NCBI GenBank assembly: GCA_049199595.1
Contig: JBMCYV010000012.1
Coordinates: forward strand, 3,660-67,659
DNA length: 64,000 nucleotides
Direction of reading: 5' to 3'
From: Candidatus Nitrosomirales archaeon
GTDB lineage: Archaea > Thermoproteota > Nitrososphaeria > Nitrososphaerales > UBA213
Positions within the stretch are counted from its first letter, which is position 1, and each line of letters opens with the position of its first letter. The position numbers and the translations under genes are program-made. The notes beneath the pieces were generated by a model. It had not been told where the DNA came from and did not search any database. It saw only the letters and a list, made by a program, of their open reading frames with translations. Shown in pieces: positions 26,467 through 35,860 of the stretch.

Positions 26467-27018
26467 GTGACTAAAATAATCAAATGCCTGTCCAAGAATC
26501 TAGCATACAAGAACAAGTGGTTCACACTCTACCATGACGATGTAGAATTTCCAGATGGCAAGCGGGGCAATTACACCAAAATAATCGAAGGTACTAGCGG
26601 TGAGGCAGTCGTAGTCATCCCATGTGCTAGCGATAAGAGGATCGGACTTATCCGGATATACCGCTATTCGGCTGCAAAATGGGAATGGGAGTTCCCAAGG
26701 GGCATAGTTGAGAAAGGAGAATCGCTCTCCGCCAACGCAAAAAGGGAATTATCTGAAGAAACCAGCCTTGAAGCAAGAAAATTGACTTTGGCGGGATTAT
26801 TTTACCCCAATGATGGCCTGATTACTACACTAGCCCATGTTTATGTCGCGAAAGGATTATCCACGAATCACAAGATCCATGTCCAGAAAAGCGAAGGGAT
26901 AGACAGGCTAAGATTTCTTACCAAGAATGAATTACTCAAACAGGTATCTAAGGGCCGGATAAGAGATGGCTTTACCCTATCAGCTCTTTTTCTGGCGTTA
27001 ACGAGAAAGCTACTTTAA
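26467..27018 (+). CDS. Nudix hydrolase (ADP-ribose pyrophosphatase-like)
   Basis: Nudix box GIVEKGESLSANAKRELSEETSL (G-x5-E-x7-RE-x2-EE). GTG start. Confidence 0.85.
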   Translation: MTKIIKCLSKNLAYKNKWFTLYHDDVEFPDGKRGNYTKIIEGTSGEAVVVIPCASDKRIGLIRIYRYSAAKWEWEFPRGIVEKGESLSANAKRELSEETSLEARKLTLAGLFYPNDGLITTLAHVYVAKGLSTNHKIHVQKSEGIDRLRFLTKNELLKQVSKGRIRDGFTLSALFLALTRKLL

Positions 27019-27288
27019 TCATTTCTCTGGGTTACACACCGATTAAATCCCTCAGAATTGTCTACTTAGATGCGAATGGCAGACCAAGATGGATTGCTCT
27101 GTGAGCTCGAGACTCTGTTGTTTTAAGACTAACTGTAATTCCTCCATGTCGTCAATTGACGTCGAAGTTGCTGACACGGCCAGCAGCATTTTGGCGATCT
27201 TGCTTATTGATTGCGTGCGCCTCATGGTTTGGACAGCAGCCGTAGCACATATAGCCATGCCAATGCGCAGTCATCCAAGAGGATGGGT

Positions 27289-28662
27289 CTATTTGATTTT
27301 GGATGAAAGAGCAGGGGCCTCAGATCTCTCTAACGTCGAGGCCCTGGCGACACTATCGGTAACATAATTCAGGTTTAACAAAGATAACAGGAATTTTCCG
27401 TTTTCTAATGACTTATTTCTAACAGCAGGAAGCCGCTCTTTAATTTTCTCACCAATCAAATCACGTTCATTCACCATCTTGTATATAGCGGCCACTAATG
27501 TGTCAGCGGATATGTTAGATGCATCCAATACGTAATTGCCCAAACCCATAATCTCCATTATGCCATGATTCTTATGAGGTTCACATGCTATATTCAGCAA
27601 TGGAACATTCATTGTGAATGCAAAAATTCCAGAGTGAGTTCTTGTAGCGACAAATACATCCGTATTTCCTATCATTGCCTTGGTTTCCTCTGGAGTATAG
27701 TCATCAGTAAGAACAAAAATTCTATTACGCAAATTTTCGCTAATTGATTCTCTGATTTTCACAGATATTGTTCGGTCATCATCACCAAAGTCAGTGTTAA
27801 TAGATGTTGTAAATACGATGATTTCCCAGTCAGTTTCAGAAAGTATTCTTTCAATTGCTGATGAAATGGCTCTTAAATATTGCAAGCGTATGCCATCGCC
27901 ATTTGGCTCGCCAGGAAAGTCAAAATCCCTTATGGTCATTCCTATCCTCAATTTTTTATTTCCGGATACACCGAATAAGTGCAACAACTCCAAGCCGCGA
28001 TCTAGTGATTCATGATCAACTAAGAACGCAGGATCTGCGGTCATGTAAAATGGCCGCTTAATGCCTAGCGATTTTAATAGATTAAAGGTATATTGTTCTC
28101 TTACTGTGATGATATCCGCCTTGTTAAAGGCAAATTTTGTTGCCAATTTCACAATCTTGCTGGTAAACGGTTCCACTGTTGGCGCATATATAATGACCTT
28201 TTTTCCGAACTGTTTTGCAAGAAGTATCGGAAACAGGTTACCCGCGATGGATCGAAATTTGTTCCCTCCAAACATGCCCCCGCCACCTATGATAACGATA
28301 TCAGTTTTCCGGAATAATTCTAGAACAAACTTAGTTTTTGGATTTAGCGGAAAACGACCGCCAATTTTGGCATTAAGCAAGTAAATAAGCCCCTTCAATA
28401 TCAGTTCGCCAAAAGCTAAAATCTTCTTTGAACCCCGGTGTCGTTGCGGCGCAATATTGAGCAGACGTTCATAGTTTTTTACACCATATTTAGAATAATG
28501 TCGGGCTTCTTCAACCGGCGCAGGTGACACTATTGTTATTTCTGAATCTGGGAAGAATGTCCTAATCGTATTGATTATTCCTATTGCAATCGCTGCTGTT
28601 CCCTTGTTGTAAGTCGAGTATGCTTGCGTAATCAAGAATCTGTTAAAAAGTTGTCCCCCCAA
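27289..28662 (-). CDS. polysaccharide pyruvyl-transferase-family protein (WcaK/CsaB-like)
   Basis: N-terminal YNKGTAAIAIG.., ..TDIVIIGGGGMFGG.., and length and layout typical of the PS_pyruv_trans family. Assigned by eye only. Confidence 0.55.
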   Translation of the reverse strand: MGGQLFNRFLITQAYSTYNKGTAAIAIGIINTIRTFFPDSEITIVSPAPVEEARHYSKYGVKNYERLLNIAPQRHRGSKKILAFGELILKGLIYLLNAKIGGRFPLNPKTKFVLELFRKTDIVIIGGGGMFGGNKFRSIAGNLFPILLAKQFGKKVIIYAPTVEPFTSKIVKLATKFAFNKADIITVREQYTFNLLKSLGIKRPFYMTADPAFLVDHESLDRGLELLHLFGVSGNKKLRIGMTIRDFDFPGEPNGDGIRLQYLRAISSAIERILSETDWEIIVFTTSINTDFGDDDRTISVKIRESISENLRNRIFVLTDDYTPEETKAMIGNTDVFVATRTHSGIFAFTMNVPLLNIACEPHKNHGIMEIMGLGNYVLDASNISADTLVAAIYKMVNERDLIGEKIKERLPAVRNKSLENGKFLLSLLNLNYVTDSVARASTLERSEAPALSSKIK

Positions 28663-28964
28663 GAATGACTCTGGCTAATCCATACCAGAAATATGTGCCC
28701 CAGGAAGGACTTTTGATCAACACGTTATTGACTCCATAGCAAAAATATGTTATAGTATCATATTTTAGGATGTACGGAATTATCTGATTTCTATTATGGT
28801 ATCTGGAGTATCGATGTGGTAATATAACAAAGATTTTGACTGATTGGATTTAAATCGCGAAAAAATACAATCTCTTATACAATGGTATGTTTGTATGTCA
28901 GCAGATACTGAACTTGAAGACTACAAAAACTACTAGTACACATCATTCTTCATACCCTGCTAAA

Positions 28965-29099
28965 ATGATCAACGAGGAAACCGAGGTTGAAGGGCACGCC
29001 ACATCTTTGAGAAGAGCATTGATATTCATGATCGATGCATATTCCGATTCCGGCGTTTTAAGAAAGATGAAGTTACGATTATTCCTTCAGATATCATAA
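28965..29099 (+). CDS. small hypothetical protein with ALIFMIDAYSDSG core
   Basis: MINEETEVEGHATSLRRALIFMIDAYSDSGVLRK... The core is shared with 29798..29971. Confidence 0.35.
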   Translation: MINEETEVEGHATSLRRALIFMIDAYSDSGVLRKMKLRLFLQIS

Positions 29100-29296
29100 G
29101 ACATTAGGAGCTGCGCTCTATGAACTTGGGATCCTGAAGCGATGACGCACTAGTGCTTCGATAAAGCAACCAGTAAATGTTATTTCTGATCTTAATGAGT
29201 CAATAGAGCTGATATGAGAAACCCTCAGAATCTTCTGTCTACTTTTAGTTTGTTCTTAATCTTGAAGCCCCACAATTGTGATTCTATGCAATTTAT

Positions 29297-29569
29297 CTAA
29301 TCGGTCAGGTCATCAAGCTCGTACATTTTCCTAATGCTTTCCAAGAAATCATGTCCTTTTTCTGTTGTCCTATACGAATTTGTTTTGACGTCATAGCTTA
29401 GAAGCTCATTTCGTATCATAGATGAGACGTAAAGGTCAACCTCGATGTGTGGTAGAGAGAACGCATACATAATTTTTCGTTCAGTGAGGCCCGCCTCGCC
29501 TTGTGCTGCTTCTAGAATCCGTTCGATAATATCGGTCCGGTCAGTCACTGTAGGTGTCAAGGGATTCAT
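29297..29569 (-). CDS. small winged-helix DNA-binding protein (COG3432-like)
   Basis: IIERILEAAQGEAGLTERKIMYAFSLPHIEVDLYVSSMIRNELLSYD..YRTTEKGHDFLE. Typical archaeal ~90-aa wHTH. Confidence 0.65.
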   Translation of the reverse strand: MNPLTPTVTDRTDIIERILEAAQGEAGLTERKIMYAFSLPHIEVDLYVSSMIRNELLSYDVKTNSYRTTEKGHDFLESIRKMYELDDLTD

Positions 29570-29797
29570 GCTACCTCTGACAAAGGCTGTACTTTGATCT
29601 CATTTAGCCATTTTGACACTTGAGCTATAGAATATCATCTGAATAATACCGGGCTTGCCATAACATTACCGGCGTAGTAATTCAAAATATTGCCAAGCGA
29701 GCATCATGAAAGATGATGCGAGATTTTCTATAACGCCCATTAGTGATTTTCTTGTCGATAAAGGCTATTAATCTATCTAACTTTATATCTTTCATAA

Positions 29798-29971
29798 TTG
29801 CTCAATGAAGGAACCCAGGAAAGCACGAGAGAGGCATTGGAAAAGGCATTGATCTTCATGATTGATGCATATTCAGATTCAGGCCTTATTGAAAAGGAAA
29901 ATGTTGTCGCAATGCTCAAAGATCTAGCAAGGTACTATCAGCTAAGTTCTCGTTCAGGCGCTTCTGAGTAA
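29798..29971 (+). CDS. small (57 aa) hypothetical protein, paralog of 28965..29099
   Basis: Own translation from TTG: LLNEGTQESTREALEKALIFMIDAYSDSGLIEKENVVAMLKDLARYYQLSSRSGASE. Below the ORF-track cut-off. Confidence 0.35.
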   Translation: MLNEGTQESTREALEKALIFMIDAYSDSGLIEKENVVAMLKDLARYYQLSSRSGASE

Positions 29972-29997
29972 AGATTATTATTCATGGCATTTTGAGC

Positions 29998-30723
29998 CTA
30001 ACGATGCCTTGAATCCTGCGGTTCCTTTATCGTTGAACTTGTCTTCTTATTTAACGATAGCAATAACGATGCTGATAGGATGCCAATCAATATAAGATGC
30101 ATTGCAAGAACGTAAGGAAACAGAGGATGCTGTACTGCAATGGGAACGGTATCTAGCAAGCGGTCCTCTCTCAAGATGCCCCAATCAACGAATAAATCGC
30201 TTATCGCGCTATAAGATAGGATAAACAAGACAAAACCAGCAACAAGGACCAAAGGAAGGACTGCTAGGACTTTTCTGTTTGAATTCACAAAGAAACTGAT
30301 TCGTGCTCTTTTAGTTGCAAGGGTTAGTAAAAGAAATATTGCAAGACCTGCAGCTTCTAGAGCTACAACTTCAATTGAAAATAGGCTGTAGCCTAGAGCA
30401 AAGTTGAAATGACTTAGGGGGTAAAAAGGCCTGTTCCATGCGCCTACAATAGCATCTCCGAAAATAATGTGTTGAATTGGAGCAATAAAGTATGGCACGC
30501 TGCGTTTTCTATATATCACAAAAAATGGAACAAACACCACTGACCAGAGTAAAATGCTGTGCGTCCATGTTCTATGGTTAATACCCACAATTCCTAAAAG
30601 TAAATCAATATCAGGCAGAGCGGCCAGAAACATTAGAAGATAGGGATTTGCGTTGACCCGCAAAAGCGAGGAAGATGCTTTACCGGTAAGGTATCCCCAA
30701 CACATGTGGCCGAGTATAAACAA
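29998..30723 (-). CDS. membrane-bound metal-dependent hydrolase (DUF457/YdjM-like)
   Basis: MFILGHMCWGY.., ..LPDIDLLLG..NHRTWTHS.., and about 6 TM helices. Confidence 0.65.
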   Translation of the reverse strand: MFILGHMCWGYLTGKASSSLLRVNANPYLLMFLAALPDIDLLLGIVGINHRTWTHSILLWSVVFVPFFVIYRKRSVPYFIAPIQHIIFGDAIVGAWNRPFYPLSHFNFALGYSLFSIEVVALEAAGLAIFLLLTLATKRARISFFVNSNRKVLAVLPLVLVAGFVLFILSYSAISDLFVDWGILREDRLLDTVPIAVQHPLFPYVLAMHLILIGILSASLLLSLNKKTSSTIKEPQDSRHR

Positions 30724-30912
30724 AGTTTAGTTGATAACAGGATTACTCCATTCTTAACTGTAATGGCGTCTATGTTACATCGAGTGAATTGAGCCACGGA
30801 GAGACACATATTCTCTGGTCCCTCCTTCTTCAGGGTTACTTTGAAATTCGCATAAGGACAAGATCGACAACATGTAACACATAATATATATGATAATTCA
30901 GTCATAGGAGTT

Positions 30913-31075
30913 ACATATTTGCCGTACACTATGCTGCGATTCACAATGCTAATAATCTCGATATAGAATATCGGGCTAGATGTTCAGATTAAGAATCAAT
31001 ATCACTAGATCTCATAAAACTTCTATTTTCATTGAGGAACACACTGCCATGAGAAGTGGACTATGGGTTCCCTCA
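30913..31075. repeat. direct repeat, copy 1 (pairs with 35355..35520)
   Basis: ACATATTTGCCGTACACTATGCTGCGATTCACAATGCTAATAATCTCGATATAGAATA.. matches ACATAATTGCCGTACACTATGCTGTAAGTCACAATGCTAATAATCTTGGTACAGAATA... Homology continues (~70%) into a 47-codon ORF remnant sharing A(M/L)RSG(L/V)W with the 35422 gene. Confidence 0.7.
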
Positions 31076-31107
31076 CCAGTTGGCATCCGCAGGATAGGAC
31101 TGTCTAA

Positions 31108-33372
31108 ATGAGTCAAATAATATTGGGCGTCGTAGTGGCTGCAATTTTGGGTGTAGGGGCGTTAGGTGGCGCTTTTTATTACCTGAACTCAAATCAGAAA
31201 GAACAACCCCAGGATGATAATGTGATTGTGAGCCCTCCCGCGCCAACAATTGACACCAATAGTCCATCGCCACCGTTAGACAATGAAAACGAAGATGACG
31301 AACCACAAGATGTGATTCCTGTTCCAAACAACAATCAAAATACCGGAAATGTACCTCAAGACGGTCAAAGTGATGATAATAATAATCCCGATAATACTGT
31401 TGTTGATGATGACACCAGTCCTGATAACATAGATAACGATAACCCTAAACCAATTTTCACAATAACTAAACCTACCACAATAAGCCTGCCTGGCCTGCAG
31501 GAAGAGCCACAACAAACTCCAAAAACCATCAGAATAGCAGTAATAAGCGATAGCCATGTTGCACCGAATATGAAAGACTATGCGTTAACTTGGTTGCGAA
31601 TGGTTGCAGAAGATTCTGCAGCACAAAACTTGGATTTTGGCGTGATCACCGGCGATTCTATAGATGCAGTTCACGGACAATTCTTACCGCATATGGCGTA
31701 CTTTCAATCTAATTTTGGATCCACAGCAAAAGTTCCTTTTATAACAACTTATGGTGACCATGGATCGGAATTTGCCAAGCACTATTCAGTCGATGGGCCT
31801 CCCAGTGCTTTGTTTGGGGGCACATTCACTGAAGGATCATTTAACACAGATGGTCAAGGCTGGTTTATGGAGAAGGGAACTCCCTACTATTGGTCAATGA
31901 CCTATAAAGGAGTGCATTTTGTGTTTCTGGCATCAAGATTTGACTCCAATCAAATGATGGAATGGTTGGAGCAAGATCTCACCGATAATAAGAACACTAC
32001 TACTATTCTCTTTAACCACTATCCCGCTCAACCTGACGTCGGCGGATTGGATGATTTTGAACGTGAGTGGTTGTATGATATAGCTGAGCGCAATCCGCAA
32101 ATAATAGGCCTTGTTGCTGGTCACACACACAAAGGAGAGATGCCAAAGCTACTAGCCGGCAACATGTACCAGTTCTGGGCTTGGAAGGATCAAGATTACC
32201 TGGATAGCTATACCAGGAACAAAGTATACCTAATATATGAAATTTTACAAGATAGGATTGATATCTATAAGCGATTCATGAATGATGATCGTGACAATCG
32301 AATCTATTCATTCAGGGTGCCAGAGAAAGTGACGTTGCAACCCCAACAAGGGATTGAATTTAGCCTGCCTTACCTCGTGAGAGAAAATCAGACAGTGTCA
32401 TTGCCATTTCTTCAGACGGGTGATGATGTAAAACTCCGAATCTGGAACACAACCATCGAGCAGATAGTTAACCCATCAACAGTGCAGTTCACAGCGAACT
32501 CTTCAAATGCTGTTCCAAGTGGATCTATTTCACGGTCGATCGGCAATGAACACTTTTTGTCCCAGAAATTCGAATCGATAGGAGGCGTGGACGGCTATGG
32601 CGAACGATGGGGGTATTATGATATCTTTAAGGGGAAAGACCTGACTAATACTGACAGCGCTGTACGGTACATGATTTTAGCGAGCATTAGGACTACGTCA
32701 GACTTTAGCAGTGTGACTGGGCTCCAGCTGATAGATGAAAACACAGGTAAGGTCATGTACGCCACTCTAAAATCAACCAAAGAAGCGGACCTATTTTGGA
32801 ATTTCAAGTGGTCTATACATGATGGCCGTGCCCAGGGTCTTGTGGGAAATACTGGTATAGGCAATTCACCACTTAGCGACTTTACAAATGTGACCTTGCG
32901 ATTCTGGTTTGGTGCAGGTGAGAGTTCAAAAACCGTCGAAAATATTGATTTAGGCCTATTTGTTCAAAAGCAGGTTTACTTGATTGCACCCACAGAAGGA
33001 GATGGGAATTATTCCACTCAAAATGTAAAACTAGAGTTTACCAGTGCAAATGGCACAATCATAGATTCGATAGATACAACAGGTCAGCAGTATGCTCCAT
33101 ATTATGAGATATCGCTTGAAGGCAAATTGAATGCTACAAATATTCACATTACGAATATTGACGGAAGCAGGATAGCATTGATCGAAATCGTAGGATCAAG
33201 CGATTATCCCGTTTTGGTGTATACGAATCCACGAGAAGTTATCAACCTAAATGACTCCTCAATAACATTTGGAGACTACCTCTATGCGCATTCAGCAACC
33301 ATCGAGGACACGATCCTATTCCTTTTTGGTGAGGGCGATGGCCGGACTATTCATTTCACTTCCACAGGTTAA
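31108..33372 (+). CDS. membrane-anchored calcineurin-like metallophosphoesterase with large C-terminal domain
   Basis: N-terminal TM helix. N/D/P-rich linker. Metallophosphatase motifs IAVISDSH, VITGDSID, YGDHG, LFNHYP, VAGHTH in canonical order. Confidence 0.75.
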   Translation: MSQIILGVVVAAILGVGALGGAFYYLNSNQKEQPQDDNVIVSPPAPTIDTNSPSPPLDNENEDDEPQDVIPVPNNNQNTGNVPQDGQSDDNNNPDNTVVDDDTSPDNIDNDNPKPIFTITKPTTISLPGLQEEPQQTPKTIRIAVISDSHVAPNMKDYALTWLRMVAEDSAAQNLDFGVITGDSIDAVHGQFLPHMAYFQSNFGSTAKVPFITTYGDHGSEFAKHYSVDGPPSALFGGTFTEGSFNTDGQGWFMEKGTPYYWSMTYKGVHFVFLASRFDSNQMMEWLEQDLTDNKNTTTILFNHYPAQPDVGGLDDFEREWLYDIAERNPQIIGLVAGHTHKGEMPKLLAGNMYQFWAWKDQDYLDSYTRNKVYLIYEILQDRIDIYKRFMNDDRDNRIYSFRVPEKVTLQPQQGIEFSLPYLVRENQTVSLPFLQTGDDVKLRIWNTTIEQIVNPSTVQFTANSSNAVPSGSISRSIGNEHFLSQKFESIGGVDGYGERWGYYDIFKGKDLTNTDSAVRYMILASIRTTSDFSSVTGLQLIDENTGKVMYATLKSTKEADLFWNFKWSIHDGRAQGLVGNTGIGNSPLSDFTNVTLRFWFGAGESSKTVENIDLGLFVQKQVYLIAPTEGDGNYSTQNVKLEFTSANGTIIDSIDTTGQQYAPYYEISLEGKLNATNIHITNIDGSRIALIEIVGSSDYPVLVYTNPREVINLNDSSITFGDYLYAHSATIEDTILFLFGEGDGRTIHFTSTG

Positions 33373-33408
33373 AGATGTGATGGTGCTGATTATGAGTAGT
33401 GATAAACC

Positions 33409-34482
33409 ATGAAGGTAGCATTTGTAACTCCTAGATACCCGCCACATATCGGAGGCATAGAAAAACACGTTAAAGAAATTGCTGAAAGACTTGCGAAAAA
33501 TCACGACGTAGAGGTTTTCACTCTTGATGACACTGATTCGTCATCAGATACGGTGGAAAATGGTGTAAAGGTAAAGAGGTTCAAGCCCATCAGCTTGAGT
33601 AAAGTAATGCAGGTGCCGCCAAGCAGTATGGTCGCTGAATTAAAGTCTTCCAAAGCAGACATTGTTCACGCTCACGGCATACAGAATGTTCTGCCGTATT
33701 TTGCCTACAGGGGCGTAGGAAAGTCAAAGTTTGTCGTGACATCGCACTACAGTGGAACGAATTTTGGAGAATTTCGAAAGATATTATTCCGCGTGTACAA
33801 GCCGTTTCTCAATCGAGCTCTTCATCGCACAGATCACATAGTCTGCGTCTCGAACTTTGAAAAAGAAGCAATTGCTAAGCAGTTCAATGTTGAATATGGA
33901 AGGATAAGCGTTATCCCAAACGGAGTGGAAAAATTTACTGCAGAAAATGTCAAGACATCCCCAGGAGAATTCAGAATAATGTTTGCTGGGAGGCTTGACT
34001 TTGCCAGCAAGAATGTGGACAAGTTGATAAAAGCATTTGCATTCCTTGATAGAAAGGACGCAAAACTTGTCCTCGTCGGTAATGGTGTGGATAGAGAAAG
34101 AGTCTTAAAAATGATCGGTCAATACCATCTACAGGATAGGGTCGAAGTAATTACCAACCCTTCTAAGAAGCAGTTAGCTGAAGAGTATTGTAGGGCGAAT
34201 CTATTCGTCATGCCGTCGATGCATGAATGCTTCGCCATGGCTGCCGCTGAGGCATTATCGACTGGCGTCACTACTATAGTTACTAATTCTACAGCCATGA
34301 TGGATTTCGTAAGTCAACGCTATGCATATGGGATAGAACCCCCAGTGACTCCAGAAAAGATAGCCGACGCGATCAAGCGGGTGACTATCGGTGACATACA
34401 GTTTAACAAGTATTCAGGTTATTCTTGGGACGCAGTGTCGAATAGCTTGGAGGTTTTGTACAACAATCTATTGCATAAATAA
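33409..34482 (+). CDS. GT4-family (GT-B) glycosyltransferase
   Basis: MKVAFVTPRYPPHIGGIEKHV.. and C-terminal ..LFVMPSMHECFAMAAAEALSTGVTTIVTN (E-x7-E). Confidence 0.9.
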   Translation: MKVAFVTPRYPPHIGGIEKHVKEIAERLAKNHDVEVFTLDDTDSSSDTVENGVKVKRFKPISLSKVMQVPPSSMVAELKSSKADIVHAHGIQNVLPYFAYRGVGKSKFVVTSHYSGTNFGEFRKILFRVYKPFLNRALHRTDHIVCVSNFEKEAIAKQFNVEYGRISVIPNGVEKFTAENVKTSPGEFRIMFAGRLDFASKNVDKLIKAFAFLDRKDAKLVLVGNGVDRERVLKMIGQYHLQDRVEVITNPSKKQLAEEYCRANLFVMPSMHECFAMAAAEALSTGVTTIVTNSTAMMDFVSQRYAYGIEPPVTPEKIADAIKRVTIGDIQFNKYSGYSWDAVSNSLEVLYNNLLHK

Positions 34483-34704
34483 CATTTCAGTTGATAAAAT
34501 ACGCATATAATCGACCACGGTAGAAACGATTTACTATTGAATAACCGGAATTTCTTCGGTCTTGAAAAATTCCCTAGGTTTCAATTTGCTTACCCATGCT
34601 AAAGATAGTCTTTGGATAAAGCGAAGTTCGTAAGGAATATTGTTACGGTACAAGTTGGCAAATCTACCATAGAAGGCTATATCATTCCACCATTGACAAA
34701 GACT

Positions 34705-35190
34705 ATGAGCAGACTAAACTTGCTAGTTGTTACGGTAGCAATTATCTCAGCTTCGTTATCAAGTATGGGTAGTGCATTTGGACAAGAAATATCAATAATA
34801 TGTCAAGATGAGGAAGGCAATTATGCACTGGGAACTGATCCAGTCAAACTAGGTGCCGAGATATCATGTTTTGTAAATCCATCAGAAATAACAGCGTCTG
34901 CAGATGGTCAGATAATAGTAACTAGTCCTAGCGGTGAGACAGTGATCGATCAAGCGGCAGCCCAGTCGGGTACGACTCCCTTTAATTTTATCGCCAGTGA
35001 AGCAGGATCCTACCTGATCACAGCGACATTCATCGACTTTGAACAGCAAGTCCACGAAGTCAGCGCAAGTGTGAGGGTCTCATCAAATGTAATACCCGAA
35101 TCGCCAATAGGCGCTATTGCCATGGTCGTTTCGGCTATTTCCGCTCTTTTGGGCTTTACTGCGCTACGAAGCTATAGAAAGCGAACCTAG
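34705..35190 (+). CDS. small secreted Ig-like protein with PESPIG C-terminal sorting signal
   Basis: ATG at 34705 gives MSRLNLLVVTVAIISASLSSMGSAFG. The body resembles the C-terminal module of 20628..22319. Ends NVIPESPIGAIAMVVSAISALLGFTALRSYRKRT. Confidence 0.75.
   Translation: MSRLNLLVVTVAIISASLSSMGSAFGQEISIICQDEEGNYALGTDPVKLGAEISCFVNPSEITASADGQIIVTSPSGETVIDQAAAQSGTTPFNFIASEAGSYLITATFIDFEQQVHEVSASVRVSSNVIPESPIGAIAMVVSAISALLGFTALRSYRKRT
35089..35187 (+). other. C-terminal sorting signal, PESPIG class
   Basis: VIPESPIG + ~18 hydrophobic residues + RSYRKRT. Confidence 0.65.
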
Positions 35191-35354
35191 CCACCGTGAC
35201 GCAGCAAAAAAACCGACACACATAGGGCACTGGAAGCGAGCCACCAAATTTGCAATCGAACTTTGTGAAAAATCATAGCTTTTGACGGAATGTAACCTGG
35301 GGTACGTAATTAAGCCCAAATTAATCCAGAAGAAAGAGTTATGAACTCTAAACT

Positions 35355-35520
35355 ACATAATTGCCGTACACTATGCTGTAAGTCACAATGCTAATAATCT
35401 TGGTACAGAATAACGCATTGAATGTTGAGATTTGGAGCAAGACCACTGAATCTCTTGGCGGTTCTCTCATCTTTAAGAACTAAAGCCTTGAGAAGTGGAG
35501 TATGGTTTGCATCATTATCC
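35355..35520. repeat. direct repeat, copy 2 (pairs with 30913..31075)
   Basis: See 30913..31075. It includes the start codon and first ~33 codons of 35422..35838. Confidence 0.7.
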
Positions 35521-35838
35521 CATGAAGACCGAGTGTTGGCCAGCCTAATAGCCAAAAATATCAAAATAGTGAAGAACGCCACACTCGCGACAGTCATTGC
35601 AAGGATAGTGTGTAAGCTGTTCCAAGGCTTGAAGAATGCTTCATTTCTATCTAGAATCGAAGCATTAGGCAGGCCTATTGCCCAGAACTACAGTGAAAAA
35701 GCCCTCCTGATGGGCAACAAAGACGCCTTAGATTGGGCAAACGATCCGAACTATATCAGGTACCTTGGCATGATGGCATACCACTATAACCCGGCATTCC
35801 CAGTTCATCGCCAAAAGCTTGTCGCGGCTACCGTTTAG
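35422..35838 (+). CDS. hypothetical protein
   Basis: ORF track (138 aa). No motif recognised. Confidence 0.4.
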   Translation: MLRFGARPLNLLAVLSSLRTKALRSGVWFASLSHEDRVLASLIAKNIKIVKNATLATVIARIVCKLFQGLKNASFLSRIEALGRPIAQNYSEKALLMGNKDALDWANDPNYIRYLGMMAYHYNPAFPVHRQKLVAATV

Positions 35839-35860
35839 TGGAGCATGGGGTACAATAAAA

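Noticed and set aside
27052-27258. 68-aa minus-strand ORF between the Nudix and pyruvyl-transferase genes.
   Set aside because: No motif, paralog or promoter signal. It overlaps an equally unsupported plus-strand ORF.
30633-30944. 103-aa minus-strand ORF upstream of the DUF457-like gene.
   Set aside because: It overlaps the 5' end of 29998..30723 in another frame and runs through the direct-repeat core. It has no motif.
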